Made by a program: the position numbers and the translations under genes
Assembly: GCA_965218425.1 (NCBI GenBank)
Contig: OZ244621.1
Span: forward strand, 4,186,613-4,250,612
Reading direction: 5' to 3'
Source: an uncultured Candidatus Binatia bacterium
GTDB lineage: Bacteria > Desulfobacterota > Binatia > UBA9968 > CAXXLF01
DNA length: 64,000 bases
Part shown: positions 17,032 to 26,051 of the stretch, piece by piece
How the letters are laid out: every line of letters begins with the position of its first letter
Numbering within the stretch: the first letter of the stretch is position 1
Notes under the pieces: model-generated
Databases searched by the model: none
What the model was told of the DNA's origin: nothing
The model's input: only the letters and a program-made list of their open reading frames with translations

Positions 17032-18159
17032 ATGAAAAGGACTTATGGGTGGTTTACATCTGTTCTCGGCGTAGTGATTTTTATCCTTTTTTCGGTTCCA
17101 TCCGTTGACAAAGTAAAGGCTCAAGCAGCCGGGGGAGCGGAATGGGAAAAGATTGTCGAAGGGGCCAAGAAGGAAAAGCGACTTGTCATTTACGGAAGCT
17201 CTAGTTATCAACAGGTCTTTTACGAGTTTCAAAAGAAATACCCCGAAATTAAAGTGGTAGGCTTTTTTTCCCGGGGCAGGAGGGTTGCGCAAAGGATGCT
17301 TGCGGAACGCAGAGGCGGGAAATACCTTGCGGATATTTACATTAACGGTGCCTGGACGGGGTACGGAGTCATGTACAAGAGCAGGGTCCTTGATCCCATG
17401 CCGCCCGCCCTGGTCTTACCCGAGGTTGTGGATAAATCGAAGTGGTGGAACGGCGAGCACCACTACGTGGACGACGACGGGAAATATCTTTTGGGTTTTA
17501 ACGGTGTGAGTTTCATGGCCAACTCCTACAATACCAACATGGTAAATCCGAAGGACTTCAAATCCTACTGGGACTTTCTTGATCCGAAATGGAAGGGGAA
17601 AATCGCAATGTTGGAGCCGACGTTTGCTCCGGCGGGTCCCTCGGTTTCGCATATATACTACGATCCCACTCTTGGCCCGAAATATCTCAGGAGACTTTTG
17701 ACCGAGATGGATGTCACCATTAGTCGCGACTCCCGTCAGATCGGAGACTGGTTGGCCTCGGGAAAATATGCCATTTCAATGTTTAACGTGATAGGAAGAG
17801 CTGATATCGACCTGGCCAAGAAACAAGGGCTTCCGGTGGACTGGTGGGGACCGGAAGCATTTAAGGAAGGCGTACCCATGAGTGTCACCAGTGGACTTGT
17901 AGCTCTCATCAACAGGGCACCCCACCCCAACGCCGCGCGGTTGGGAATCAACTGGCTCCTTTCCCGGGAAGGCCAGATGGCATACCAGAAGGTCACTGAA
18001 GGCAACTCCCTGAGAGTCGATATTCCAAAAGACGATGTACCCTCCTATGCCCTAAGAAAAAAGGGCATCAAATATGTCAAAACGGAGCAGCCTCGGTATC
18101 TCGACATGACGCCGATTCGCAAGCTCGTTAGCGACGTGCGGAAGAAGCAAAGAAGGTAG
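17032..18159 (+). CDS. ABC transporter substrate-binding protein, paralog 2
   Basis: AAAGGAG lies 5 nt before ATG 17032. Signal peptide MKRTYGWFTSVLGVVIFILFSVPSVDKVKA. Conserved NRAPHPNAARLGINWLLSREGQ. Confidence 0.85.
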   Translation: MKRTYGWFTSVLGVVIFILFSVPSVDKVKAQAAGGAEWEKIVEGAKKEKRLVIYGSSSYQQVFYEFQKKYPEIKVVGFFSRGRRVAQRMLAERRGGKYLADIYINGAWTGYGVMYKSRVLDPMPPALVLPEVVDKSKWWNGEHHYVDDDGKYLLGFNGVSFMANSYNTNMVNPKDFKSYWDFLDPKWKGKIAMLEPTFAPAGPSVSHIYYDPTLGPKYLRRLLTEMDVTISRDSRQIGDWLASGKYAISMFNVIGRADIDLAKKQGLPVDWWGPEAFKEGVPMSVTSGLVALINRAPHPNAARLGINWLLSREGQMAYQKVTEGNSLRVDIPKDDVPSYALRKKGIKYVKTEQPRYLDMTPIRKLVSDVRKKQRR

Positions 18160-18229
18160 CGGTAGTTTCCGGCGTGACAGCTAGCTTTTCCATGGGAGTA
18201 GCGCTAACCCAAAATTCGGAGGAAAAACC

Positions 18230-19300
18230 ATGACGGTACTAGATGCTGACGGGCACGTAGAAGAGTCTCAAGCGATGTTTAGCTTTCTCGACAAAGATTG
18301 TTATCCGAGGAGACCCATCCCACTGGGATTTGCATCCGACACGGTTTACGGAGAATGTAACGCGGTCTGGCTTATCGATGGCAAGAGCTATCCGAAACTC
18401 ACCGGAAAGGGGGGCGTCCGTTTCGTGACCCCCACTCTCATGGAACGCGCAAGAAAGAAGCCTTTTTCCATTCCAGCGCAAGAGCTAACAGACGTAGCGG
18501 CGAGGCTCGGGGACCTGGACAGAGCTGGGATCCACAAGCAGGTGGTTTATCCCACACTCTTCTTGACCACTACCACCGACGATCTGAAGCTCGAGGCGGC
18601 TCTGTTTCGAGCCTACAATGATTTCATGGCCGATGCCTGTAATAAATCTGGAGGTAGAATAAAGTTCGCCGCACAGGTTCCCATCAGAGACATTCAGGAA
18701 TCCATGGCGGAACTGCGAAGAACCAAACAACTCGGGGCGGTGTCGGTAATGCTGCTGGGAGTGGCCTGGGACAAAAGCCTGGGAAAGGAGGACCTGTATC
18801 CCTTCTATGAAGAGGCTGCCAGTTTGGATATGCCGGTTTGCATCCACTTCGGGTGGGGTTGTCCTGCCATCACGGACGCCTTTGACGCCACCGACACCTT
18901 CAACAGCGCGGTCCTTCCGGTGCTGATGGGCTTTCGCAGCGTTATGGCAACGGGGCTACTGGAAGCCATTCCCAAACTACGATTTGGATTTCTGGAGAGT
19001 GGTTCTCAATGGGTGCCCTATCTGATTCATCAATTAAAGCGGGGCGGAAGACTAAGCAAAGATCCGGCTGAATATTTTAAGGAAGGAAGGGTTTATATCG
19101 CTTGCGAGGCAGACGAGGACATTAATTATCTGACCAATTTGATTGGTGAAGACGCGCTGGTGACAGCGTCCGACTACCCTCACGGAGACCCCTCTCACGA
19201 AGAAAATATGGCCCAAGCCATCATGGCGCGGGAGGATGTGCCGCTGAGAGTGAGGGAGAAAGTTCTCTCCACCAATCCTCAGAGGTTGTATGGATTTTGA
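18230..19300 (+). CDS. Amidohydrolase-2 family protein (ACMSD/LigW-type metal-dependent decarboxylase/hydrolase superfamily)
   Basis: MTVLDADGHVEES (metal-binding D.H start), VCIHFGWG, TASDYPHGD. Confidence 0.85.
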   Translation: MTVLDADGHVEESQAMFSFLDKDCYPRRPIPLGFASDTVYGECNAVWLIDGKSYPKLTGKGGVRFVTPTLMERARKKPFSIPAQELTDVAARLGDLDRAGIHKQVVYPTLFLTTTTDDLKLEAALFRAYNDFMADACNKSGGRIKFAAQVPIRDIQESMAELRRTKQLGAVSVMLLGVAWDKSLGKEDLYPFYEEAASLDMPVCIHFGWGCPAITDAFDATDTFNSAVLPVLMGFRSVMATGLLEAIPKLRFGFLESGSQWVPYLIHQLKRGGRLSKDPAEYFKEGRVYIACEADEDINYLTNLIGEDALVTASDYPHGDPSHEENMAQAIMAREDVPLRVREKVLSTNPQRLYGF

Positions 19301-19347
19301 ATGATCGAGGCGAAGAGAAAAACACATTCACATAGGTGGAAAAACCC

Positions 19348-20169
19348 ATGAACCCTTATAAGCACGAGACCCTGACTGTGGGGGATATCGAAACCCACTA
19401 CCTGGAGGCCGGCAAGGGACCCCATCTCGTACTGCTCCATGGGGGAGAATACGGAGCGTCGGCGGAGACCACCTGGAAGTTCAACATGGAGTCTCTGGGA
19501 AATGATTTCCATGTGATTGCCCCGGACCTGCTGGGATACGGGCAAACCGACAAGATCTATTCCTTTTCCGATCCCGCCGGCTTCAGGATTAAGCACCTCA
19601 GCCGCTTCCTGAAAACCATTGGAATGGAAAGGGCCTATTTCGTCGGGAACTCAGCGGGCGGAGGATTAGCTCTTCGCGCCGCCGCAATGAACCCTTCACC
19701 CTTCCCAATCGAAAAAATAGTGACCGTCTGCGGCAATGCTGGCCTCTTCAAAACCGAAGCCCAGAGTCGTCTGCAAAATTACTCCTCAAGTCTGCAGAGC
19801 ATGGAAGAAATCATGGGACTTCTCTTTCACGACCGAGAGTCCTTGTCTAGAGAACTGATTCAAGAGCGATTCGAGGTTTCACTGATTCCGGGATCCTGGG
19901 AGACCCTTTCCGCCGCACGGCTGAAAAGACCAGGCTACGAAAGGACTCCCTTTACCGACACCTTTGTAAAGCAGCTCGCATCCATCAAAATCCCTCTTCT
20001 CATCATATCCTGCGCCCACGACCAGCTCAACCCCAGGGGCTGGGACAATCAATTGCAAGATATGATTCCGGACTCGAAGATTCACCGCTTCCTCAACTCC
20101 GCCCATGAACCGCAAATCGAAGAGGCCGAAGAATTTGCTCGCGCGCTTCGAAAGTTTCTGACCGACTAA
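19348..20169 (+). CDS. Alpha/beta hydrolase (meta-cleavage-product hydrolase-like)
   Basis: HLVLLHGGE, nucleophile elbow GNSAGG, C-terminal SAHEPQIE. Start placed at ATG 19348 (AGGTGG 8 nt upstream); the ORF is open from GTG 19336. Confidence 0.8.
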   Translation: MNPYKHETLTVGDIETHYLEAGKGPHLVLLHGGEYGASAETTWKFNMESLGNDFHVIAPDLLGYGQTDKIYSFSDPAGFRIKHLSRFLKTIGMERAYFVGNSAGGGLALRAAAMNPSPFPIEKIVTVCGNAGLFKTEAQSRLQNYSSSLQSMEEIMGLLFHDRESLSRELIQERFEVSLIPGSWETLSAARLKRPGYERTPFTDTFVKQLASIKIPLLIISCAHDQLNPRGWDNQLQDMIPDSKIHRFLNSAHEPQIEEAEEFARALRKFLTD

Positions 20170-20342
20170 ATGCGATTCTTTCCACCTTGCAATGGAGCCG
20201 AACCTGTCCTAAAGCAACGGTCATGAAGTTAGGAAACTCCGAACGAGAGTTAAAGAACCAATCTGAAGTCCATGCCCTTAACCACCCCGGGTACCGTTAC
20301 GAGCATGAACACGACTCCACTTGAGCTGTCAAGGAGGACACC

Positions 20343-21431
20343 ATGGCCGAACTAAGCCGCGCAGTGACCTTAACGGCCCCCAATCGTCTCGAGCTCCGCG
20401 AATATCCGCTCCCGGACATTCCCCCGGACGGCGGGGTTGTCGCCGTAGAGATGGGTGGCGTCTGTGGCACAGATGTCAAATACTACCATGGCAAGATAGA
20501 GCTTCCTCTGCCCATCATTCTGGGACACGAGATCCTGGGGCGCGTAGCCAAGCTGGGAAAGGAGGCGGCTCGGATCCATGGTCTCAAGGAGGGAGACCGG
20601 ATCATTCTCAAAGGAGCGTTGGGTTGCGGCCGTTGCGCCGACTGCCGGCGGGGCGCGGCACGATTCTGCACGAAGAGAACCAGCTATGGAGGACGCACCC
20701 CTTGCACTGAACCGCCGCATCTATTTGGCGGGTTTGCCGATTTTATTTATCTGGCCCCGGATGTCCTTGCCACAAAAGTCAGTAATGATCTTCCCGCTGA
20801 AGCAGCGGTGCTTATTGGATCTGTCATGGCCAACGGTTTTCAGTGGGCCATCCGTCAGGGAGGAGTGAGGATGGGGGACTTCGTTCTCATCCAGGGGCCC
20901 GGGCAGCAAGGATTGTCTTGTACCTTTGCGGCCGCGCAGGCAGGGGCGGCCCGAATCTTTGTCACTGGTATCACCAGAGATCCGGAACGCCTTGAGTTGG
21001 CCAAACGGTTCGGTGCCCATCGAACCATCAACGTCGAAAGGGAAAACGTTCTCGATGTCATTGCTGCGGAAACCGACGGCGCCATGGTGGATGTGGTGGT
21101 GGACGTTTCGGGAAATCCGGCGGCCATCCAGACATCCATTGACTGCCTGCGGCGCCAGGGAACTATGGTACTCGCCGGATTGACCGGCGGCGCGACGTCA
21201 ACACCCATTGTGACGGACAAATTTGTTTGGAAGGAGATTCGACTTCAGGGAGCGTTTACAGCCGACAACGATGCCACGGAAGCCTCCATGCGCTTGCTGG
21301 AGGCGACGAAGTTTCCTGTCCAGGAGATGGTTAGCCATGTATTTCCCCTGGAGGAAACCGAACGCTGCATTCAGGCCGTGGGAGGCGAAGTTTCTGGACT
21401 CTATCCCACCAAGGCGCTGATCAAACCTTGA
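20343..21431 (+). CDS. Zinc-dependent alcohol dehydrogenase (MDR family)
   Basis: GGVCGTDVKYYHG, GHEILGRV, structural-zinc CGRCADCRRGAARFC, Rossmann LIQGPGQQG. AAGGAGG RBS. Confidence 0.9.
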   Translation: MAELSRAVTLTAPNRLELREYPLPDIPPDGGVVAVEMGGVCGTDVKYYHGKIELPLPIILGHEILGRVAKLGKEAARIHGLKEGDRIILKGALGCGRCADCRRGAARFCTKRTSYGGRTPCTEPPHLFGGFADFIYLAPDVLATKVSNDLPAEAAVLIGSVMANGFQWAIRQGGVRMGDFVLIQGPGQQGLSCTFAAAQAGAARIFVTGITRDPERLELAKRFGAHRTINVERENVLDVIAAETDGAMVDVVVDVSGNPAAIQTSIDCLRRQGTMVLAGLTGGATSTPIVTDKFVWKEIRLQGAFTADNDATEASMRLLEATKFPVQEMVSHVFPLEETERCIQAVGGEVSGLYPTKALIKP

Positions 21432-21496
21432 CCCTTTGTTAGTAGCGGGCCCTAGCCTGGCGTCAAATTCTTGGGAAGATGGGTTTAGAGGGTCGC

Positions 21497-22669
21497 TTAT
21501 GTGGGGATATCCTGTAAAAACATTTCCTTGGGCAAGTCCTTACCCAGACCCAGTTTCCTGGCGTTGTCATAGATTCGGCCACCCACGCTTGCAAACTGGA
21601 TCCCCTGAATGCCTGAGCTCGCCCCGATATCCCCCTCCAGGGTGCCAAAGGACTGGGTAGCAAGGGTCGTGATTTCGTCATCCCGGGTTCTCTGGTAACG
21701 CTGACCTTTTTCCCAGTTCATGCAATCAACATAGCGCGCATTGGGATAGCGCTCATCCCCCTTGGAGTTCTGGGAACGCCCGCCCCCCTTTGGAATCTTA
21801 GCCCGTTCATGGGGTTGCCCGGCCAGATAACACATGGTGTTCACCCTAAGAGCAAAATCGTCGTCGATGAAACCCGCCACTGAAGGCGCCCTGCGGCGAA
21901 CCAGAAGCCCCACCGTATTGATTCGTTGGTAGGCATCGGGGCTCAGCTCCGACGCCATGACGTTTGCGATATGAACCCCTGGCTCAAGCCACTCCCCTTG
22001 GATCACGGGGCTGTAGGAATTCGTACAGGCTGCAACGATGTCGGCGCCGCGCAGGGCCTCTTCGGGTCTGCTCACCGGGATCACCTCGCACTCCAGAACC
22101 TGGGAGACTTCGTCTGCATATTTTCTCAAGTTGGCCTGTGTGGGGCTGTACACCTTGATGGTGCTGATGTCGCGGATGGCGCAAAAGGCTTTGGCAAAAC
22201 TACGAGCCATGCCGCCTGATCCAATCATGGCCAGAACCTTTGCTCCTGGTCGCGCAAGATACTTCGCCCCGATAGCAGCGGTGGAAGCCACGCGCAAGTG
22301 CTGTACGAACCCGTCGTTCATGATGGCGAGAAGCTCCGCGTTGTGGACGCTGAACAACATGACCAACCCACCGTAGAGTCCCGGTTCGGAACAATAGGTA
22401 ACCCGTCGCCGCATACCGTTTACCATGGGCCACGAGATGATGTCGGGTTTGATGCGCAACGCGTAATAGCCTGGCTCTTTCATACCCCCTTCCATGGAGC
22501 TGAAAGAAAAAAATTCATCTGGACGTTTTGACGGGATGAGGTTGTCCACCCGAGGACGCCGGATGGCATCGCCCCGGGCCATTTGCCGGATGCCGTCTTC
22601 CAGCGCCTCAATGGCCTCCTGCGACGTAATGCATTGTTCCTGGTCCTGATTGCTTAAAAACAGTGCCAT
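21497..22669 (-). CDS. Ornithine cyclodeaminase / mu-crystallin family protein
   Basis: 390 aa. LRVASTAAIGAKYLARPGAKVLAMIGSGGMARSFAKAF, ADIVAACTNS. GAGGAGG RBS. Last gene of a 4-gene minus-strand operon. Confidence 0.75.
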   Translation of the reverse strand: MALFLSNQDQEQCITSQEAIEALEDGIRQMARGDAIRRPRVDNLIPSKRPDEFFSFSSMEGGMKEPGYYALRIKPDIISWPMVNGMRRRVTYCSEPGLYGGLVMLFSVHNAELLAIMNDGFVQHLRVASTAAIGAKYLARPGAKVLAMIGSGGMARSFAKAFCAIRDISTIKVYSPTQANLRKYADEVSQVLECEVIPVSRPEEALRGADIVAACTNSYSPVIQGEWLEPGVHIANVMASELSPDAYQRINTVGLLVRRRAPSVAGFIDDDFALRVNTMCYLAGQPHERAKIPKGGGRSQNSKGDERYPNARYVDCMNWEKGQRYQRTRDDEITTLATQSFGTLEGDIGASSGIQGIQFASVGGRIYDNARKLGLGKDLPKEMFLQDIPT

Positions 22670-22701
22670 GACACCTCCTCGTTTCTCCTAGCACCGGGCC
22701 T

Positions 22702-23736
22702 TTAGAGCCCATACAAGGCTCTTGGATTTGCATCGAGGATCTTTTCCACGGCATCACGGGACACCGATGACTCCCGCCTCAGCGTTTGCAACGCCTCCAA
22801 CTCGGTGGAGTTGTCCGAGTGTCCGTAGTCGGTACCCAACACGATGTTGTCCTCGCCGGCGTATTTGAGCACATGGGGGAGGTCATCGTCCATCTGGCAC
22901 GCAACATAAATCCTGCTGTCACGGAACAAATTGTAGGGGATCTGGCTATCACGCTTGTGCTCCCCTCTGGGCCTCCCGATGGAATGCATGAGGTAGGGTA
23001 CCCACTGCGCGCTGACCTCGACAAAGCCGAACCGAAGGTCGGGAAAACGATCGGGGATTCCGCCGGAAACGATGGTCTCAAAGGCACTGATCACGGAAAG
23101 CTTGAACTTCATAAAGCCACCTCCGCCGGGAGCCTTATTATACAATTCGAGCAGTTCGGCTGAGCCGATGCCCGCATGGAAGCACACGGGCATGTTCAAG
23201 CGACTTGCCTCCTCGTAGAGAGGGAAGAAGTAAGGATCGGAAGGATGCCGGTTACCCTCGAACCCCCGATGCAACAAACCGCACGCGCCGTTATTCTTTG
23301 CAATGTTCAATTCTTCGATTGACCTATCAATGCTCATGAGCGGCATCACGGCGACCCATCGCAGTCGCCCCTTCCCCTGCCGCCAGGCATCACCAAGCCA
23401 CCGGTTGTAGCTCCGGCAGATGGCGAGCTCCACTTCGGGATGGCTGAAGATCACACTTGTCCAGATGGACGGATAGAGCACCTGGATATCGGTCCCCAGC
23501 TCATCCATATGGCGCAACCGCGCGGCAACGTCGGAGAGTTCCCGGCATTCCTTGAAGGCATCACGTCCCACGTTTCCGCCCCTGTTCCGTGCCTTGCCCT
23601 CGATAACCCAAAATTGCCTGGGGGGATCCGTCTGGGAGATGACGGGAAGGGGTCTGTACTGAGCATCGGGGCCTTCCATATACTGCCAGGTGGCATCGGT
23701 TTCGATAACGTGACTATCCGCGTCAATGGTCGCCAT
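22702..23736 (-). CDS. Amidohydrolase-2 family protein
   Basis: MATIDADSHVIETDATW, VCFHAGIG, GTDYGHSD. Close paralog of 28517-29593 and of pseudogene 59264-60314. Confidence 0.85.
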   Translation of the reverse strand: MATIDADSHVIETDATWQYMEGPDAQYRPLPVISQTDPPRQFWVIEGKARNRGGNVGRDAFKECRELSDVAARLRHMDELGTDIQVLYPSIWTSVIFSHPEVELAICRSYNRWLGDAWRQGKGRLRWVAVMPLMSIDRSIEELNIAKNNGACGLLHRGFEGNRHPSDPYFFPLYEEASRLNMPVCFHAGIGSAELLELYNKAPGGGGFMKFKLSVISAFETIVSGGIPDRFPDLRFGFVEVSAQWVPYLMHSIGRPRGEHKRDSQIPYNLFRDSRIYVACQMDDDLPHVLKYAGEDNIVLGTDYGHSDNSTELEALQTLRRESSVSRDAVEKILDANPRALYGL

Positions 23737-23883
23737 GGTTCGCCTCCAAAATCAAGTTCTTTGTTCTTATCAGTGATGATTGTACCCCTCAGCCCAACGC
23801 GTTCACCCTCCACCCGGATGGCGTCTTTCGTTGAGGAAGAAGCTCCGTATTCATAGTCCGAGTCCCCTGAGTCTCCGAAAGAT

Positions 23884-24642
23884 CTAGCCGCTCTTGAACC
23901 ACCACACGTTGCTGGGGTCCTGATCAAGTTGCAGTTTGTCGTCCACACGCCGCACGTAAAATCCCGAGAACTCCATGGGCGCTTGCGCCGCGAGCAGGTA
24001 AGTAGTTCCCACCAACCCGGGACCTGGCATACGGCTTCGCACATCTTCAGGGGCCTCTTCCGTAGCGATGGCACCGCCGGGCCCCGCGATGACAACACAG
24101 ACACCGTGGTCGCGAACTTCTTCCGCCACAAACCTGGTGAAGGTACGTAGGGCATCCTTGCTGACCATATAAGCACAGGCTCCAACACGCTTTGCGGTGG
24201 CTGCCCCTCCATGGACGTTGATGATATGCCCGGACCTCTGCTTGATCATTTGAGAAAGCACATGCTTCGTACACAGCATGGTACCGGTCAGGTTGGTTTC
24301 GATCACACGATCCCAGAAGCTTTTCTCCATCTCCACGATGGGTCCCCAACTCTTCGTCCATGCCGGGTGAGTCACAAGGCCGGCATTGTTCAAGAGCACA
24401 TCGATACGCCCAAAGCGTTCACTCACCGCCCTGGTTGCTCTTCGGATCTGCTCCTCACTACGGACATCCACCTGTAGAGGCAAGACTTCAACCCCTTTTT
24501 CCTCCAATTCCTTCGTAGTGTTCTCCTCCAGGACGATATCCCAAATGGAGACTTTGGCCCCGGCATCCGCATATACATTCGCCGCGTAACGTCCAATCCC
24601 CTTGGCACCACCTGTTACAATTACGACCTTTCCATTGAGCAT
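23884..24642 (-). CDS. Short-chain dehydrogenase/reductase (SDR)
   Basis: VTGGAKGIGRYA, NNAG, YMVSKDAL (YxxxK). Confidence 0.9.
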   Translation of the reverse strand: MLNGKVVIVTGGAKGIGRYAANVYADAGAKVSIWDIVLEENTTKELEEKGVEVLPLQVDVRSEEQIRRATRAVSERFGRIDVLLNNAGLVTHPAWTKSWGPIVEMEKSFWDRVIETNLTGTMLCTKHVLSQMIKQRSGHIINVHGGAATAKRVGACAYMVSKDALRTFTRFVAEEVRDHGVCVVIAGPGGAIATEEAPEDVRSRMPGPGLVGTTYLLAAQAPMEFSGFYVRRVDDKLQLDQDPSNVWWFKSG

Positions 24643-24823
24643 CGTAGGCCTCCCATGAGCATTAATCAGTGTATACCCGCGTTCCCTTGGCTTTTTCCAT
24701 ATGTATATGTAAAGGAGACATCACGCTCCTTTTTTAACCTCGTGTTAACGATCCCGGAGGTCCAAGAGACAAATGGAAGTTACCATAACAAGGGCGGGCA
24801 TTGAACGCCAATCACGTGTGAGT

Positions 24824-25870
24824 TTACAAGCGATAAAATCTTCGGGCGTTATCCACAAGGATAGCCGCCTTGTCCTCTTCCGACAGTTCCGGGTGCTCAA
24901 GGATCTCATTTATTTCGTTATGAATCTGGCCGGGACCGATTTCGTGAGGAAAATCGCTGGCAAAGAGGAAATGCTGATTCCCTACCCGTTCTATTTGGTA
25001 CGCCAAGCCTCCCTCGCCGCCTTCACACCCGATCCACACATTACCATTGCAAAGGTAGTCCGCCGGTTGCTCCTGTGCAGTCGGGCCTCGGTACTTCCTG
25101 CCCAATTCATAGTATGCACCGTGGGATCGCTCCATTCGGTCCATCCAAAAGCTGGCCCAACCTGCCCCACCCTCAAGGAACCCTATCCGCAGTTGCGGAT
25201 ACTGTTTGAAAACTCCGTGGTAGACCATGCCTGAAAAGGCCACCATGAGGCTGAACGGATGCCCGAGAGCATGAATCGGCGTGAACGCGTCTAGCGTATC
25301 AAGCGCCATCCCGTGGTGCGCGCCTCCATGGACTCCCAGCGCACATCCCAACCGCTCTGCCTCGGCATAAACGGGCCAATAAGTTTGATGGCCGAGATCG
25401 TAGGGAAGGCCACGGGAAGGAAGCATGGCTGCAACCATCCCCAGCTCTTTAATCGCGCGTCGCAACTCCACCACGGCCTCATCCACGTCTTGTAAAGGCA
25501 ACAAAGCGACCCCCTTGAAGCGCGAATTCGCCTTCACATATCGCTCATGCAACCAGTCGTTATAGGCTTGGCAGAACATGCAAGCCCAATCGGGATTGCT
25601 CACGTTCCCGATGGATAGTCCCTGTGTGGGATAAAGGACGGCGCACTCAAAGTTGGCGTACTCCATGAACGCCAACCACTCCTCGGGACCAAGCCTCTTA
25701 CCCCCGCCAAAGGCTTCCGAGCTACGCGGTCGATGCATGGGTAGATGATGAAAATCCAGGGAGGGCAGCAGTTTATCGAAGGACTGTTTCCTGTAAGGAC
25801 CATCGATAAAATCCAATAGCGACTCGTCGGTAAATACATGCCCGTCGGCATCGATCACTTTTACGTTCAC
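24824..25870 (-). CDS. Amidohydrolase-2 family protein
   Basis: GTG start with GGAGGAGG 6 nt upstream. MNVKVIDADGHVF, GVHGGAHHG, FASDFPHE. Same subgroup as 35655-36782. Confidence 0.85.
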   Translation of the reverse strand: MNVKVIDADGHVFTDESLLDFIDGPYRKQSFDKLLPSLDFHHLPMHRPRSSEAFGGGKRLGPEEWLAFMEYANFECAVLYPTQGLSIGNVSNPDWACMFCQAYNDWLHERYVKANSRFKGVALLPLQDVDEAVVELRRAIKELGMVAAMLPSRGLPYDLGHQTYWPVYAEAERLGCALGVHGGAHHGMALDTLDAFTPIHALGHPFSLMVAFSGMVYHGVFKQYPQLRIGFLEGGAGWASFWMDRMERSHGAYYELGRKYRGPTAQEQPADYLCNGNVWIGCEGGEGGLAYQIERVGNQHFLFASDFPHEIGPGQIHNEINEILEHPELSEEDKAAILVDNARRFYRL

Positions 25871-25990
25871 CCCTAGACCTCCTCCGGTGCTCTGCCACTT
25901 TCTGTGGGCGCACAGTTCGGCACACCTGTGGAACCATTCCGAAAGCGGAATGGCGTTCGTCCGACCACTGACCTTAAAAAAGTAAGATAG

Positions 25991-26020
25991 ATCTTATGCG
26001 GGTTAGTACTGAATTGTCAA
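25991..26020 (-). promoter_or_regulatory. Candidate promoter (minus strand) GAAATTGACA-18 nt-TAAGAT for the AH-SDR-AH-OCD operon
   Basis: The reverse complement reads TTCTGGAAATTGACAATTCAGTACTAACCCGCATAAGAT. About 30 of 34 positions are identical to 48411-48444. Confidence 0.55.
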
Positions 26021-26051
26021 TTTCCAGAACCAGCGCTCTTTGACCCAAATA

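Noticed and set aside
23451-24212. 253-aa minus-strand ORF spanning the amidohydrolase/SDR junction
   Set aside because: It sits in an alternative frame to two well-supported genes and has no family signature.
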